Of a DNA stretch of 20,000 bases, positions 1-8,693 are shown piece after piece. The notes beneath the pieces were generated by a model. The model worked only from the letters and a program-made list of their open reading frames with translations. It was not told where the DNA came from and ran no database searches. The position numbers were made by a program, and so were the translations under genes. The stretch comes from an uncultured virus (IMG/VR IMGVR_UViG_3300027708_002017) (lineage: Duplodnaviria > Heunggongvirae > Uroviricota > Caudoviricetes), in IMG/VR virus record IMGVR_UViG_3300027708_002017, one strand, 5' to 3'. How positions within the stretch are numbered: position 1 is the first letter of the stretch; each line of letters opens with the position of its first letter.

Positions 1-97
1 TTAAAACAGAATAAGTATCTGCAGGCTGGTTAAATCTTGTTGGCTTTGGAAAATCAAAAGGAAGATTTAGATATTTGTGATAAACGGTATCGGTCAT
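1..97 (-). CDS. 5' part of a hypothetical protein (MTDTVYHKYLNLPFDFPKPTRFNQPADTYSVL...), truncated by the window edge
   Basis: Open frame from ATG at 97 to the window start; ATAAATA late-promoter-like motif at 105-111. Confidence 0.5.
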   Translation of the reverse strand, partial: MTDTVYHKYLNLPFDFPKPTRFNQPADTYSVL

Positions 98-145
98 TGT
101 GGAATATTTATGTGGTTGATTACACATGTTGAATTTTCTTGAGCC

Positions 146-178
146 AAAAAAAAATCCACAAACAAAGTGTGGATTTTT
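146..178 (-). terminator. Intrinsic terminator after the tail-fibre-like gene
   Basis: AAAAATCCACA/TGTGGATTTTT inverted repeat followed by a T-run on the minus strand. Confidence 0.75.
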
Positions 179-195
179 CAGATATAAAAATTATT

Positions 196-1383
196 TTAAT
201 GCAAAGCTACCCAGTTGGATCCATCATATGCAACAACTTTATTAGTTACAGCCGGACTAGTTCCAGCAGACATCAACACCATCATGCCTTTTGCAGGAGT
301 AGGAATGGCTGTGGTACGTGCCGCATCGTTGGCATAAACTGCAAGTTGTGTATATTTACTAGCAACAAATGCGTTTGAAGTTACAACACCGTTAGATGTA
401 AGAATTAGTGCGTTTGCTGGATCTTGACCTGAATCAGTGGCAGCTGATAGAACAATTTGAGATTTAATATAATTGCCACCTGCAATCACTGCTGTTGGGT
501 CAACAACAAAACTAATAATACCTGCAACACCCGATGTTGAACTGTTGGTGTTGCCTCTTATTGCTATGCCGCCTAATTCGTCACCAGCTTGTACTGCTGT
601 TGGTGATACAAGTGTGCCTCTACTCAATGTTGTTGTAATATACCCGTATGAATTTATTCCGTCTACAACTCGACGAAGCTGTAAATCAGTTGTTAAATTT
701 ATTGATACCCCACCTGTCATAGCAATATAACCAGTGCCATTAATATTATAACCGTTTAATGGTAAGTTAGCGCCAAGGCCTTGTGTTGCTGAAATAGTTC
801 CGCTAGTACTAAAATTACCTCCTGTTACAATGCCACTAGCTGTAATATAACCGGTTGTGTTGATATTACCAGTTCCAGTAATATTAAAACCGTTCAGTGG
901 TAGATTAGCACCAAGGCCGGTATTAGCACGTATAGTAGTAGCAGTAATTGCTCCAGTGATGTTAATAGACCCTGTACCGTTAACTGCATAATTATTTAAA
1001 TTTAAATTTCCGCCTAATCCGCCTGCAAGATTAGCTGTGCCAGTGGTACTCAATGATCCAGTAATACTTATATTACCAGTGCCGCCAATATTGTTAGAAT
1101 TTAACGATAAATTGCCGCCCAATTGAGGATTTGTATCTTGTACAATTGCAGTAATGCCACCACCACCGCCACCACCGCCGCCTGTGGCTGTGATATACGG
1201 AATGCCATTTACGTCGGCCCAAGCTAGTCCTGTTCCTAAACGTATAAGAGGAACGCCTCCGGGTGTAACGCCGTCGCCGATGTATAATTTTTGTTTATCA
1301 ATGGTCCATACTGGCTCCCCTAAATCAAAAGCAGGCGATGCCGCTCTTTGAGCCTCTGTTCCTCGTCTTATGCGAAATGACAT
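196..1383 (-). CDS. Phage tail-fibre/structural protein with Mtd-N-like N-terminal domain, poly-Gly hinge and Gly/Asn-rich repeats
   Basis: N-terminal RRGT...GEPVWTID..KLYIGDG motif, poly-Gly run, four LG(G/A)NLxLNxxxIxGTGxI repeats, C-terminal YDGSNW. Confidence 0.75.
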   Translation of the reverse strand: MSFRIRRGTEAQRAASPAFDLGEPVWTIDKQKLYIGDGVTPGGVPLIRLGTGLAWADVNGIPYITATGGGGGGGGGITAIVQDTNPQLGGNLSLNSNNIGGTGNISITGSLSTTGTANLAGGLGGNLNLNNYAVNGTGSINITGAITATTIRANTGLGANLPLNGFNITGTGNINTTGYITASGIVTGGNFSTSGTISATQGLGANLPLNGYNINGTGYIAMTGGVSINLTTDLQLRRVVDGINSYGYITTTLSRGTLVSPTAVQAGDELGGIAIRGNTNSSTSGVAGIISFVVDPTAVIAGGNYIKSQIVLSAATDSGQDPANALILTSNGVVTSNAFVASKYTQLAVYANDAARTTAIPTPAKGMMVLMSAGTSPAVTNKVVAYDGSNWVALH

Positions 1384-1439
1384 GTACTATCTCCGGTATT
1401 CTATAGTATATTTATTCTCTACGCACAGAAGCTATAGTC

Positions 1440-1466
1440 AAAAAAATAGGGCCCGAAGGCCCTATT
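1440..1466 (-). terminator. Intrinsic terminator with cUUCGg loop
   Basis: AATAGGGCC-TTCG-GGCCCTATT followed by a T-run. Confidence 0.9.
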
Positions 1467-1481
1467 AAAGTGCTACTATTA

Positions 1482-2087
1482 TTACATAGTAGGACCGTTT
1501 CCGTTCTTAAAACCTACGCTACCACCCTCTGCTTCTATGTTCTTAATGACATCTTCAAACAAGATAGGTGCAAAATCGGGTGTTTGCTCTACGCAAACGC
1601 AATGGTAGCGAACATCGTTTTCATCGCTGTACAAGATTTCGCCTGTTCTAGCATCAACTCCACGAGCTTTTTTTACACGATTAGCGTGAGTGTGTCCATG
1701 AATGTTAGTACCAAAACGACCCATTGAATCTGAGTGTAACGGAATATGGCTAAGGATCATACCGTTCATAACGTGATAAGCTCTAAGTTCTCTAAAGTAC
1801 TGACGATATTCGTCGTCCCTAAAGATATCGTGATTGCCACGAATTAAAACCTTGTCGCCGTTAAGTCTGGATAAGATTTTTAACGCCTTACGATTGATGA
1901 CAACATCACCCAAATGGTAGACCTTGTCAGTGGGCTTTACCCGTTCGTTCCACGCCTTAACCATAGCTTCGTCCATTTCATCTGGATCAGTCCAGGGACG
2001 AAGTTTTGTAACACCATCGTTACGTGTGAAGCGACATACACCAGTGTGTCCAAAGTGCGTGTCGCTTACTAAGAATACACTTGGCAT
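1482..2087 (-). CDS. Calcineurin-like metallophosphoesterase
   Basis: Motifs SDTHFGH, HLGD, RGNHD, SHIP, IHGHTH. Confidence 0.9.
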   Translation of the reverse strand: MPSVFLVSDTHFGHTGVCRFTRNDGVTKLRPWTDPDEMDEAMVKAWNERVKPTDKVYHLGDVVINRKALKILSRLNGDKVLIRGNHDIFRDDEYRQYFRELRAYHVMNGMILSHIPLHSDSMGRFGTNIHGHTHANRVKKARGVDARTGEILYSDENDVRYHCVCVEQTPDFAPILFEDVIKNIEAEGGSVGFKNGNGPTM

Positions 2088-2102
2088 ATTCGCCTCCTTT
2101 CT

Positions 2103-2276
2103 TTAATAAGTTTCTTTGATAATGTTGTACTCTTCAGCTGGCCATTTGGCCTTAAATTCGTCAGTTTTCACATAGTCATTAAATGATTTAGCATCAAAAA
2201 ACACTTTGTGAAATTCAGTTTTAAATGCACCTTTTTTGGTTACAGTTAAGTAAACCGATTTTGCTTTGCCAGCCAT
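2103..2276 (-). CDS. Hypothetical protein (57 aa, MAGKAKSVYL...)
   Basis: Start moved to ATG 2276, which follows an AAGG SD and lies downstream of the promoter at 2304-2332. Confidence 0.7.
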   Translation of the reverse strand: MAGKAKSVYLTVTKKGAFKTEFHKVFFDAKSFNDYVKTDEFKAKWPAEEYNIIKETY

Positions 2277-2303
2277 TGAGTACCTTTCGTTGTTTAATAA
2301 TGT

Positions 2304-2332
2304 ATTATAACAGCTATTTAACAACTAGTCAA
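2304..2332 (-). promoter_or_regulatory. sigma70-type promoter
   Basis: TTGACT-17 bp-TATAAT. Confidence 0.8.
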
Positions 2333-2500
2333 TCAATGCACACTTTCTTTTGCATCTACTTCGCACTCAACTACCCAATTATCAAACTGGGTAAACTTGT
2401 TTACTTCCACACCTAAGCCAACTGCTTCGTTTACAAAATGCTGTAACAGCGCATTGTACAGTTCGTCGGGCATAGTGTCTTTATCAAACTTGATCTTCAT
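2333..2500 (-). CDS. Hypothetical protein (55 aa, MKIKFDKDTMPDELYNALLQHF...), not in the ORF track
   Basis: GGAG SD, ATGA overlap with the upstream ORF, fills the gap exactly. Confidence 0.7.
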   Translation of the reverse strand: MKIKFDKDTMPDELYNALLQHFVNEAVGLGVEVNKFTQFDNWVVECEVDAKESVH

Positions 2501-2775
2501 AGTTTCTCCAAGTCATGTTTCAAACGACGATGAAAACTGTCTTCACCATCATCACCACTTACTAACCAATCAATGCGCTGGGCATAGACGTGTGCTTGAC
2601 GCAGTAGCACAAGGGCTTTTTTAAACTCAGCAACAGTTTCTGGAGTAAAATGGCAACCTTTTCGATCGCCCCATTGATCCAGTTCTTCACTGTCGTTATC
2701 AATAATCAATTGTTCAACTTCGTCACCAATGTTGCCAATTTCCCATTGTTTATATTGAAAATGTCCGCCACTCAT
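2497..2775 (-). CDS. Hypothetical phage protein (MSGGHFQY...)
   Basis: ATGA overlap with the upstream ORF stop gives start 2775. Confidence 0.7.
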   Translation of the reverse strand: MSGGHFQYKQWEIGNIGDEVEQLIIDNDSEELDQWGDRKGCHFTPETVAEFKKALVLLRQAHVYAQRIDWLVSGDDGEDSFHRRLKHDLEKL

Positions 2776-3086
2776 GCTACTACCCAATTCATTTCGTCTT
2801 TGATTTCAATGCTTTCGGCGCCATCATACTCGTGTATACGAAAGGCTGTGCCTACTGGAACCCAATGCACAACAAGATCCGCAACTCCGCCGTCATACGC
2901 TTCTGGGAAACGCATGGTAACGTATGTTTTGGCTTCATCCATTTTGCCTTCATCTATGTAGGCGGCCAACACTGGATCAAAAATCAAGTCTTCACCATAG
3001 GTGTGATCCCATGTGCTCCAGCCTGCGCCGAATCCTGGGCTGACTAATACAGCCACTCGTCCATCACGTATTAATTTTTCCATCAT
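2772..3086 (-). CDS. Hypothetical phage protein (VAVLVSPGFGAGWSTW...EYDGAE)
   Basis: Motif pattern recalled from phage hypothetical proteins; start at 3086/3083 coupled to the upstream stop. Confidence 0.7.
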   Translation of the reverse strand: MMEKLIRDGRVAVLVSPGFGAGWSTWDHTYGEDLIFDPVLAAYIDEGKMDEAKTYVTMRFPEAYDGGVADLVVHWVPVGTAFRIHEYDGAESIEIKDEMNWVVA

Positions 3087-3310
3087 AATCTCTCTTTCTT
3101 TACACGGCCAATACGGCTTGCTTTGTTCCAATCATATGCCACACCATCAGGGCATACACCATTCTTGACACTGTCTACACCAAAACGTCCAACTACTTCA
3201 AAGTCATCACTTCGAATAGTTACAAACTGATCAATTGACTTTGCATGCGCCATTGCTGAATTCAAATCAGCAAACTCCGTTTCTACGTCATTAGCAATTA
3301 CTCTATACAT
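3083..3310 (-). CDS. Hypothetical phage protein
   Basis: ORF track; overlaps neighbours in operon fashion. Confidence 0.65.
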   Translation of the reverse strand: MYRVIANDVETEFADLNSAMAHAKSIDQFVTIRSDDFEVVGRFGVDSVKNGVCPDGVAYDWNKASRIGRVKKERL

Positions 3311-3846
3311 TCTTTCTTTCTTTTTCTATACGTTTCATTATTACAATAAGGCCAAATTGTGGGTATCACTGCTTCTTCTATTTCACTTATTTGTTCAGCA
3401 GTCAAATGTTCAAGATTCCAAACCAGCACAGGTAGGGTGTCTATTTCTACCAGGTGCTTTACTGGGAAACTTAGAACGCCGGGTCCTACTTTTCCTTTCT
3501 GGATTCGGATCCAGTGGGCTGGAATTGTTTTTACGTCTTCTAACAGGTATTTGCATACACCCTCCTTAAAACCTTCTGGAAACTGCCAACGCGGTTCCTT
3601 CTTTTCTTTCACAGGCCCATACAATGTAGCCAAATCTACATCCAATTTGGGACGATGTGTTTGATGGCGATTGATAACCGTGTTGGTTGCGGCCTTGCCA
3701 AAATAAAAATTCTTGTCAGGGTAGATGTAATACAAGCCTCGATGGTCGCCCACTTCTTGCCTGTTGATTGCACCTTCAGTTGTGCTGTAAGGCTCGACCC
3801 ATGCATAACCCAATTGCCCAAACACTTGACGAATTTGTGCTATCAC
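3298..3846 (-). CDS. Putative GIY-YIG-like endonuclease
   Basis: GLYYIY...FYFGKA...NRHQTH, with later E and C-terminal N resembling the GIY-YIG motif order. Confidence 0.5.
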   Translation of the reverse strand: MIAQIRQVFGQLGYAWVEPYSTTEGAINRQEVGDHRGLYYIYPDKNFYFGKAATNTVINRHQTHRPKLDVDLATLYGPVKEKKEPRWQFPEGFKEGVCKYLLEDVKTIPAHWIRIQKGKVGPGVLSFPVKHLVEIDTLPVLVWNLEHLTAEQISEIEEAVIPTIWPYCNNETYRKRKKECIE

Positions 3847-4034
3847 ATCAAACCTACCATTCTAAAATATTCATCGTGCGGCACATAGAAATCCGTTTTG
3901 GGATCCCAGTACTTGCCTTCTTTTGGATCGTAGTACAAGATACGTCCTGCAACTAAAAATGGACCTTCAAGTTTAGGCAACGGGCCGTAGCCTTGATACA
4001 AGTCTGCTGTTCTGCCTAAAATTTTAAATGCCAT
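3843..4034 (-). CDS. Hypothetical phage protein (LEGPF...LYYDPKEGKYWDP)
   Basis: AGGAG SD; first gene after the promoter at 4064-4092. Confidence 0.75.
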   Translation of the reverse strand: MAFKILGRTADLYQGYGPLPKLEGPFLVAGRILYYDPKEGKYWDPKTDFYVPHDEYFRMVGLM

Positions 4035-4063
4035 TATTCGCTCCTGTTTGTGTGTATGTATTA

Positions 4064-4092
4064 ATTATACTGTCTTTTGGCTAATACGTCAA
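4064..4092 (-). promoter_or_regulatory. sigma70-type promoter
   Basis: TTGACG-17 bp-TATAAT. Confidence 0.8.
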
Positions 4093-4487
4093 TCGATTGC
4101 CCTACGAAATATCAATTCTTGTTTACTAAACGCATCTATTTCCCAAGGTTGTTGCAAATACGCAACACTTCTTCCGTAGAATTTGCCCTTCCATTTTAAC
4201 CCTCTCGGAACAGGTTGTAATGTACCTTTGGCAAACTGTGCTACGTGAGCCAACTCGTGCGCCAGTGTTACACCTAGATCTACTCTATTGCGTTGCGGTT
4301 TAAGTACTACAAGAATAGTATCAATGCCCAACAATGGAACGGTTGTGCCATTGTCTTCTAACTCTTTGTCAATTTTTATGTGTAAAAGTTTTTTACTTTT
4401 GGTCAACTTCAATTGAGCCAGCATTGAGGGTAATAATGTTTCAATGTATCTTTTGGTGCTGGAGCCAGCTTCAATATAAAATTCCAT
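4089..4487 (-). CDS. HExxH zinc metallopeptidase-like protein
   Basis: LAHELAHVAQ and downstream PWEIDA. Confidence 0.75.
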   Translation of the reverse strand: MEFYIEAGSSTKRYIETLLPSMLAQLKLTKSKKLLHIKIDKELEDNGTTVPLLGIDTILVVLKPQRNRVDLGVTLAHELAHVAQFAKGTLQPVPRGLKWKGKFYGRSVAYLQQPWEIDAFSKQELIFRRAID

Positions 4488-4516
4488 ATCGCTCTCTGTT
4501 TTGTTGCTATGTGTAT

Positions 4517-4545
4517 ATTATAACATCAAAAAGAAACCCTGTCAA
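4517..4545 (-). promoter_or_regulatory. sigma70 consensus promoter
   Basis: TTGACA-17 bp-TATAAT. Confidence 0.9.
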
Positions 4546-4553
4546 GCAGGGTT
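4528..4553 (-). terminator. Terminator at the distal end of the tRNA array, overlapping the next -35 box
   Basis: AACCCTG-CTTGA-CAGGGTT followed by TCTTTTT, directly after tRNA-Cys. Confidence 0.7.
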
Positions 4554-4555
4554 AA

Positions 4556-4633
4556 TGGAGCAACGGGAGGGATTTGAACCCCCGGTTTTAGGGATTTGCA
4601 ATCCCTTGCATTGGACCTCTCTGCCACCGTTGC
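4556..4633 (-). tRNA. tRNA-Cys(GCA)
   Basis: Cloverleaf, loop TTGCAAA, U73, encoded CCA. Confidence 0.95.
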
Positions 4634-4637
4634 ATAA

Positions 4638-4713
4638 TGGTAGGACGTGACGGGTTCGAACCGCCGACATTCTGCGTGTAAGGCAGACGCTCTACCAACT
4701 GAGCTAACGTCCT
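4638..4713 (-). tRNA. tRNA-Val(TAC)
   Basis: Cloverleaf, loop CTTACAC, CCA. Confidence 0.95.
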
Positions 4714-4719
4714 AAGTTT

Positions 4720-4995
4720 TTATTTGTATTGTGCTCTGCGATCAATTGCACGATCTCGCGGAGTATCAAATTTGATTTTCTTGATATAGTCTACGCCACA
4801 CTCGCCTGATTGGAAATCAAGCAATGCACTAACATTACTGTGCAAGTGTTCAAATTTTTGACTATCTTTGTTCTGTCGACGAATTTCTCGACTACGTGCG
4901 GCCGCCATAATGACAAGATTAAATCTATTGCCACCGGACATTTCTACAATTTTGTCATTATCTAATTGGCCTACGCGGCTAGCTGTTTTAATCAT
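4720..4995 (-). CDS. rpoZ: RNA polymerase omega subunit homologue
   Basis: GNRFNLVIMAAARSREI resembles the omega core motif NRFxLVxxAAxRARQL; 91 aa; has its own promoter. Confidence 0.75.
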   Translation of the reverse strand: MIKTASRVGQLDNDKIVEMSGGNRFNLVIMAAARSREIRRQNKDSQKFEHLHSNVSALLDFQSGECGVDYIKKIKFDTPRDRAIDRRAQYK

Positions 4996-5014
4996 GTTCT
5001 ATCCTTAAAATTGT

Positions 5015-5043
5015 ATTATACTGTCTAGCTGACAGAATGTCAA
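5015..5043 (-). promoter_or_regulatory. sigma70 consensus promoter for the omega homologue and tRNA-Val/Cys
   Basis: TTGACA-17 bp-TATAAT. Confidence 0.9.
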
Positions 5044-5600
5044 CTATATTGCACGTCTGCAGCCAAAATAAATCTATAGTCTTCACTTTGGGCAATGCCT
5101 GGACGATGCCATAAATGACTAGGATAAATTAGCCATGTATAGTAGCTAGGGCGCACAAAAAACTTTTGATCACCTTCTGGTCCGTTTAAGGCAATCTCTG
5201 TCCCGCACGTATCCGAGTCTGCAACATCTTCAGGAATATGCAAATACATAATGCCACTGATGCCCTGTCCACCGTGTTTATCATGATGATGCCAGAGTGT
5301 ATCTCTATCCGGCTGAGTAGACTGTTTAGTCATAAAACTCCATGCCATCATGTTACTAACCCTTGCTTCATGTCCTAGATATAAGAATACACTGGTCAGG
5401 AATGTCATTCTATACTTTAACCAAATTGCCTCACTGCGTCCAAACAAATTTTCTTCTGTTTGGAATGGAGGGCTATTTTTAAAGTACTTGCCGCTTTCGA
5501 TTATACTTTTGATAATGCCTATAGCTGTGTCGTTTTCGGTAGCTGTGATCAAGCTACTGTAATCATACTTACGGCAAATTTCGTTTTGATCTATAATCAT
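5040..5600 (-). CDS. Putative 2OG-Fe(II) oxygenase
   Basis: WHHH...ISGIMYL...IYPSHLWH...R pattern. Confidence 0.7.
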   Translation of the reverse strand: MIIDQNEICRKYDYSSLITATENDTAIGIIKSIIESGKYFKNSPPFQTEENLFGRSEAIWLKYRMTFLTSVFLYLGHEARVSNMMAWSFMTKQSTQPDRDTLWHHHDKHGGQGISGIMYLHIPEDVADSDTCGTEIALNGPEGDQKFFVRPSYYTWLIYPSHLWHRPGIAQSEDYRFILAADVQYS

Positions 5601-6157
5601 ATATTAAATGCAAACACCTTGCGGACGTTATCATTGAGTTTTTGTGGAATCTCATGTTCTAACCAGGCATTCCACAACATTATCATACCTGTTTCTGCTT
5701 TCACTTCAAATTCATGTGATCTGTTATCGCCAAATACAGATGCGGCCCGGGGATCATGGAATACTATAGGCGGAACATCTTCACCTATATCTAAATACAC
5801 AATACCCGAGAATGTAGCATTAGAATGCATATGACGTTTCATATAAGCATACTGTTTCATCGAATGAAAAAATCCGTAAGGATTAAATTTAATTTCGTTG
5901 TAAGGTATGCCACATTCTTCTGCTAGTGCGGCCGCATGATTGTTCATAATATATGATAACACTTGCTGGACAACCAATTCAGAATTTACCGATTGATTAT
6001 GTCTGGAATTGTATGTCGTAGGAAAATTATCTACACCAAACAACGCTGTATCCGTGTCGGGCAAATACTTGTCGCAAACAAGCAACAATTCTTTTGCAAT
6101 ATCCAAATTTACACTTTTTACAATGCAAGTTGGAAAGACACGGTCTACAGTTATCAT
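5597..6157 (-). CDS. Putative 2OG-Fe(II) oxygenase (TIGR02466-like)
   Basis: HMH...FSGIVYL...FHDPR...WLEHE...RKVFAFN. Confidence 0.85.
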   Translation of the reverse strand: MITVDRVFPTCIVKSVNLDIAKELLLVCDKYLPDTDTALFGVDNFPTTYNSRHNQSVNSELVVQQVLSYIMNNHAAALAEECGIPYNEIKFNPYGFFHSMKQYAYMKRHMHSNATFSGIVYLDIGEDVPPIVFHDPRAASVFGDNRSHEFEVKAETGMIMLWNAWLEHEIPQKLNDNVRKVFAFNI

Positions 6158-6423
6158 GCAGTGCGCAAAATCAAATGATAGCCAAATTGTGTTTGCACTG
6201 GCTCACTTAATGCGCCGGGCTCTAATGCAAATGTTGCATCTTCGAATGGCTTGACCATTTGTCCGCGACCAAACGGACCTAAGTTCCCACCTTGACGACC
6301 GCTAGGGCATTTACTGACTTGACCGGCAATGGTGGCAAAATCTCCGCCGTTAAGAAGCTCATCATGAATCTTCGATGCTTGTTCTTGTGTTTCTACTAAA
6401 ATGTGACTTGCTGTTACTTGCAT
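6154..6423 (-). CDS. ppiC: Parvulin-type peptidyl-prolyl cis-trans isomerase
   Basis: ASHILV, SKCPSG..GGNLG.F..GQMVKPFE, PVQTQFGYHLI. Confidence 0.95.
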   Translation of the reverse strand: MQVTASHILVETQEQASKIHDELLNGGDFATIAGQVSKCPSGRQGGNLGPFGRGQMVKPFEDATFALEPGALSEPVQTQFGYHLILRTA

Positions 6424-6434
6424 GTTTTTTCCTT

Positions 6435-6947
6435 TTATAAAATAGTTTCTAATAATTTTCTAATTTCTAAATTTAGCAAAGGTAGATTATTAAATGTTGT
6501 ATTATTTTTACAAATCCAATTTGTTACTTTTACACCTTTAGCTAAGTTAAATTGTCCGCTTTTATGTACATAGTTGGCATTACATTCTGCCCACGTTAAC
6601 TGTGCGATAGCAAAATTTGCAGGGTTTGACTGTATACAAAGCAAATAATCAAACGAGTGCGCAAACGTTTGTTTGTTAGTATTCGCCAATGAAATTCTGC
6701 CAACTATGTCATCTCCTTTGAACATTTCAAAGGTCGATTTTAATTCATATTTTAACCCAGTTTGCTGATCAATGCTATCGTATCCTTCAGCGTCTACATA
6801 CTCTAATCTACCACCAGTGGCTTTTTCCAAAGCCAGGGCAATAACATCGCCTTTAAGGAATCGCAAATTCGGTTTATTAAATTGATTTCCTAATCTATCT
6901 AACATATCGACTACCGGTTGGTAGTCTACATTTACTAAAAAACTCAT
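6435..6947 (-). CDS. Hypothetical protein, possible PD-(D/E)xK nuclease fold
   Basis: GYDSID...KYELKS resembles the PD-(D/E)xK motif. Confidence 0.45.
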   Translation of the reverse strand: MSFLVNVDYQPVVDMLDRLGNQFNKPNLRFLKGDVIALALEKATGGRLEYVDAEGYDSIDQQTGLKYELKSTFEMFKGDDIVGRISLANTNKQTFAHSFDYLLCIQSNPANFAIAQLTWAECNANYVHKSGQFNLAKGVKVTNWICKNNTTFNNLPLLNLEIRKLLETIL

Positions 6948-6962
6948 AGGTTCCTTTAAAAT

Positions 6963-7039
6963 TGGTCGGAGTACAAGGATTCGAACCTTGGACCCCCTGG
7001 TCCCAAACCAGGTGCGCTACCAGACTGCGCTACACTCCG
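6963..7039 (-). tRNA. tRNA-Pro(TGG)
   Basis: Cloverleaf, loop TTTGGGA, CCA. Confidence 0.95.
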
Positions 7040-7045
7040 AAATAA

Positions 7046-7693
7046 TTACCAGCCGAAAGATACTCGGCTTGCCTGTGCATCACCTACGCCTAAATTGCCA
7101 GATATGCTGATTCTATAGTCATCCGAACTGTAAAACGGATGCACCGAATGATTGAGCAGTGCTGGAAACAATATCATTGTACCTTCATAGGTCTTGTCTG
7201 CTGGAATAGCCCAAGGATTAATACACCCTAATATATCAAGATATTGGAATGTAAAGTTTCCAGAACAATTCCTATCTTCTAATACATAGCTGGTAGCTTC
7301 TTTTTCTTCTTGTATTGTGTAGGGAATCTTAACCCAGAGCACATACGAAAAATTACCACTATGACTATGCAACGGATTAAATTCGCCTTTGCGTTGAAAA
7401 TTTACCCACGACTCGCCTGCTTTGTATTCTTCAAGAGGTCTAGTTTTATAACTAAATGCTTGTGCAAATCCGCCAATTAAATTTCTAGCCAGTTTTTCCA
7501 AAAGGTCGTGATTCTTAACCATTTGGTATTCGTGAGCCAATTGTCCCACCAAACTCTTTTGCATGGGAATAGCTTTTGTAAAATCTTCCTGGATTTCTGC
7601 AACTTCTGCTAGAATAGGTGCAAATTCTTCTTCTGTAAGTTTAGCACCCACAAATCCAAAATTTGGAAAACTACAATTATAATAATCTATCAT
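7046..7693 (-). CDS. Putative 2OG-Fe(II) oxygenase
   Basis: WVNFQ..GEFNPLHSH...FPALLNHSVHPF...RISISGN. Confidence 0.85.
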   Translation of the reverse strand: MIDYYNCSFPNFGFVGAKLTEEEFAPILAEVAEIQEDFTKAIPMQKSLVGQLAHEYQMVKNHDLLEKLARNLIGGFAQAFSYKTRPLEEYKAGESWVNFQRKGEFNPLHSHSGNFSYVLWVKIPYTIQEEKEATSYVLEDRNCSGNFTFQYLDILGCINPWAIPADKTYEGTMILFPALLNHSVHPFYSSDDYRISISGNLGVGDAQASRVSFGW

Positions 7694-7711
7694 GTGTATA
7701 CCTTTTTATAA

Positions 7712-7785
7712 TGGAGCGGGATAAGAGAATCGAACTCTTGACCGAAGATTGGAAATCTGCTGTTTTACCATTAAACTAATCCCGC
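7712..7785 (-). tRNA. tRNA-Gly(TCC)
   Basis: Cloverleaf, loop TTTCCAA, U73, CCA. Confidence 0.95.
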
Positions 7786-7893
7786 ACTTTATTAAAACAA
7801 ACTAAGGTGTATTAAGTATGCTAGCTATGCCGAGCAGTGACTGGGATACCAAACCTGATCTTTTTACGGATTCTAATTTGTTTTAATAAAGTG
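7785..7893 (-). ncRNA. Structured spacer RNA A, closed by a 17-bp perfect stem
   Basis: CACTTTATTAAAACAAA (7785-7801) / TTTGTTTTAATAAAGTG (7877-7893); no ORF. Confidence 0.6.
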
Positions 7894-8088
7894 TTTAGCT
7901 ACCCTCTCCCGAAGGCCCTAAACTGGGCGTAGTATCCGTACTGCATATTTCTATATGGACAGTTAATGCTCTGTCCTACGATTTTTTAAGTCTCCCGACA
8001 TGGGTCTGTAAGGCAAGATCGTAAGCGCCTGATGGATCTGGTAACCATCTACCCACTTTTAATTACCCTCAAAGTGTAACGGGGGAAC
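7891..8088 (-). ncRNA. Structured spacer RNA B (about 200 nt, possible pseudoknots)
   Basis: ORF-free; stems CACTTT/AAAGTG, TTAC/GTAA, TACGAT/ATCGTA, GGACAG/CTGTCC, GTTTAG/CTAAAC. Confidence 0.5.
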
Positions 8089-8164
8089 TGGTGCCCCTTG
8101 TCCGACTCGAACAGACCACCTACTGATTACAAATCAGTTGCTCTACCAGATGAGCTAAAGGGGC
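8089..8164 (-). tRNA. tRNA-Thr(TGT)
   Basis: Cloverleaf, loop TTTGTAA, CCA. Confidence 0.95.
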
Positions 8165-8174
8165 AAATAATTAA

Positions 8175-8387
8175 TTATGCTTCCGGTGCGGCCTCAGGTG
8201 CAACATATGGTGCATTACCACGAGCTGGTCCGCGATCGTTACGTGTAGGAGTTTTGATAACAACTTCACTACACAGCTGAGCATCAATCATCATGCGCTT
8301 GTATTGATTGCGTTGTTCTGTGTTAACAATACTGCACAACATACGTTTGGTTTGTTTGCTTAAATTAAATGTCTTACCTGGTTTCAT
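8175..8387 (-). CDS. Small basic hypothetical protein
   Basis: ORF fills the gap between tRNA-Ser and tRNA-Thr; purine-rich leader. Confidence 0.7.
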   Translation of the reverse strand: MKPGKTFNLSKQTKRMLCSIVNTEQRNQYKRMMIDAQLCSEVVIKTPTRNDRGPARGNAPYVAPEAAPEA

Positions 8388-8405
8388 ATTTTCTCTTTTT
8401 AAAAA

Positions 8406-8493
8406 TGGCGGAGTATGTAGGAATCGAACCTACTCACCCATTGCTGAATGACAGATTAGCAATCTGTTGCCTTAACCGGTCGGCCAATACTCC
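8406..8493 (-). tRNA. tRNA-Ser(GCT)
   Basis: Long variable arm, loop TTGCTAA, G73, CCA. Confidence 0.95.
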
Positions 8494-8523
8494 ATGTTTG
8501 GTATTTTACTTATATCATCTAAC

Positions 8524-8608
8524 TGGTGCGACTGCCCGGAATCGAACCGGGACGCTGTTAAGCGAGAGATTTTAAGTCTCTTGTGTCTACCTATTTCACC
8601 ACAGTCGC
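8524..8608 (-). tRNA. tRNA-Leu(TAA)
   Basis: Long variable arm, loop CTTAAAA, CCA. Confidence 0.95.
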
Positions 8609-8614
8609 GATATC

Positions 8615-8688
8615 TGGCGTACCCCCAGGGACTCGAACCCCGACGAACAGTTTTGGAGACTGTGATGCTGCCATTACATTAGGGATAC
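8615..8688 (-). tRNA. tRNA-Trp(CCA)
   Basis: Loop CTCCAAA, G73, CCA. Confidence 0.93.
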
Positions 8689-8693
8689 ATGAT

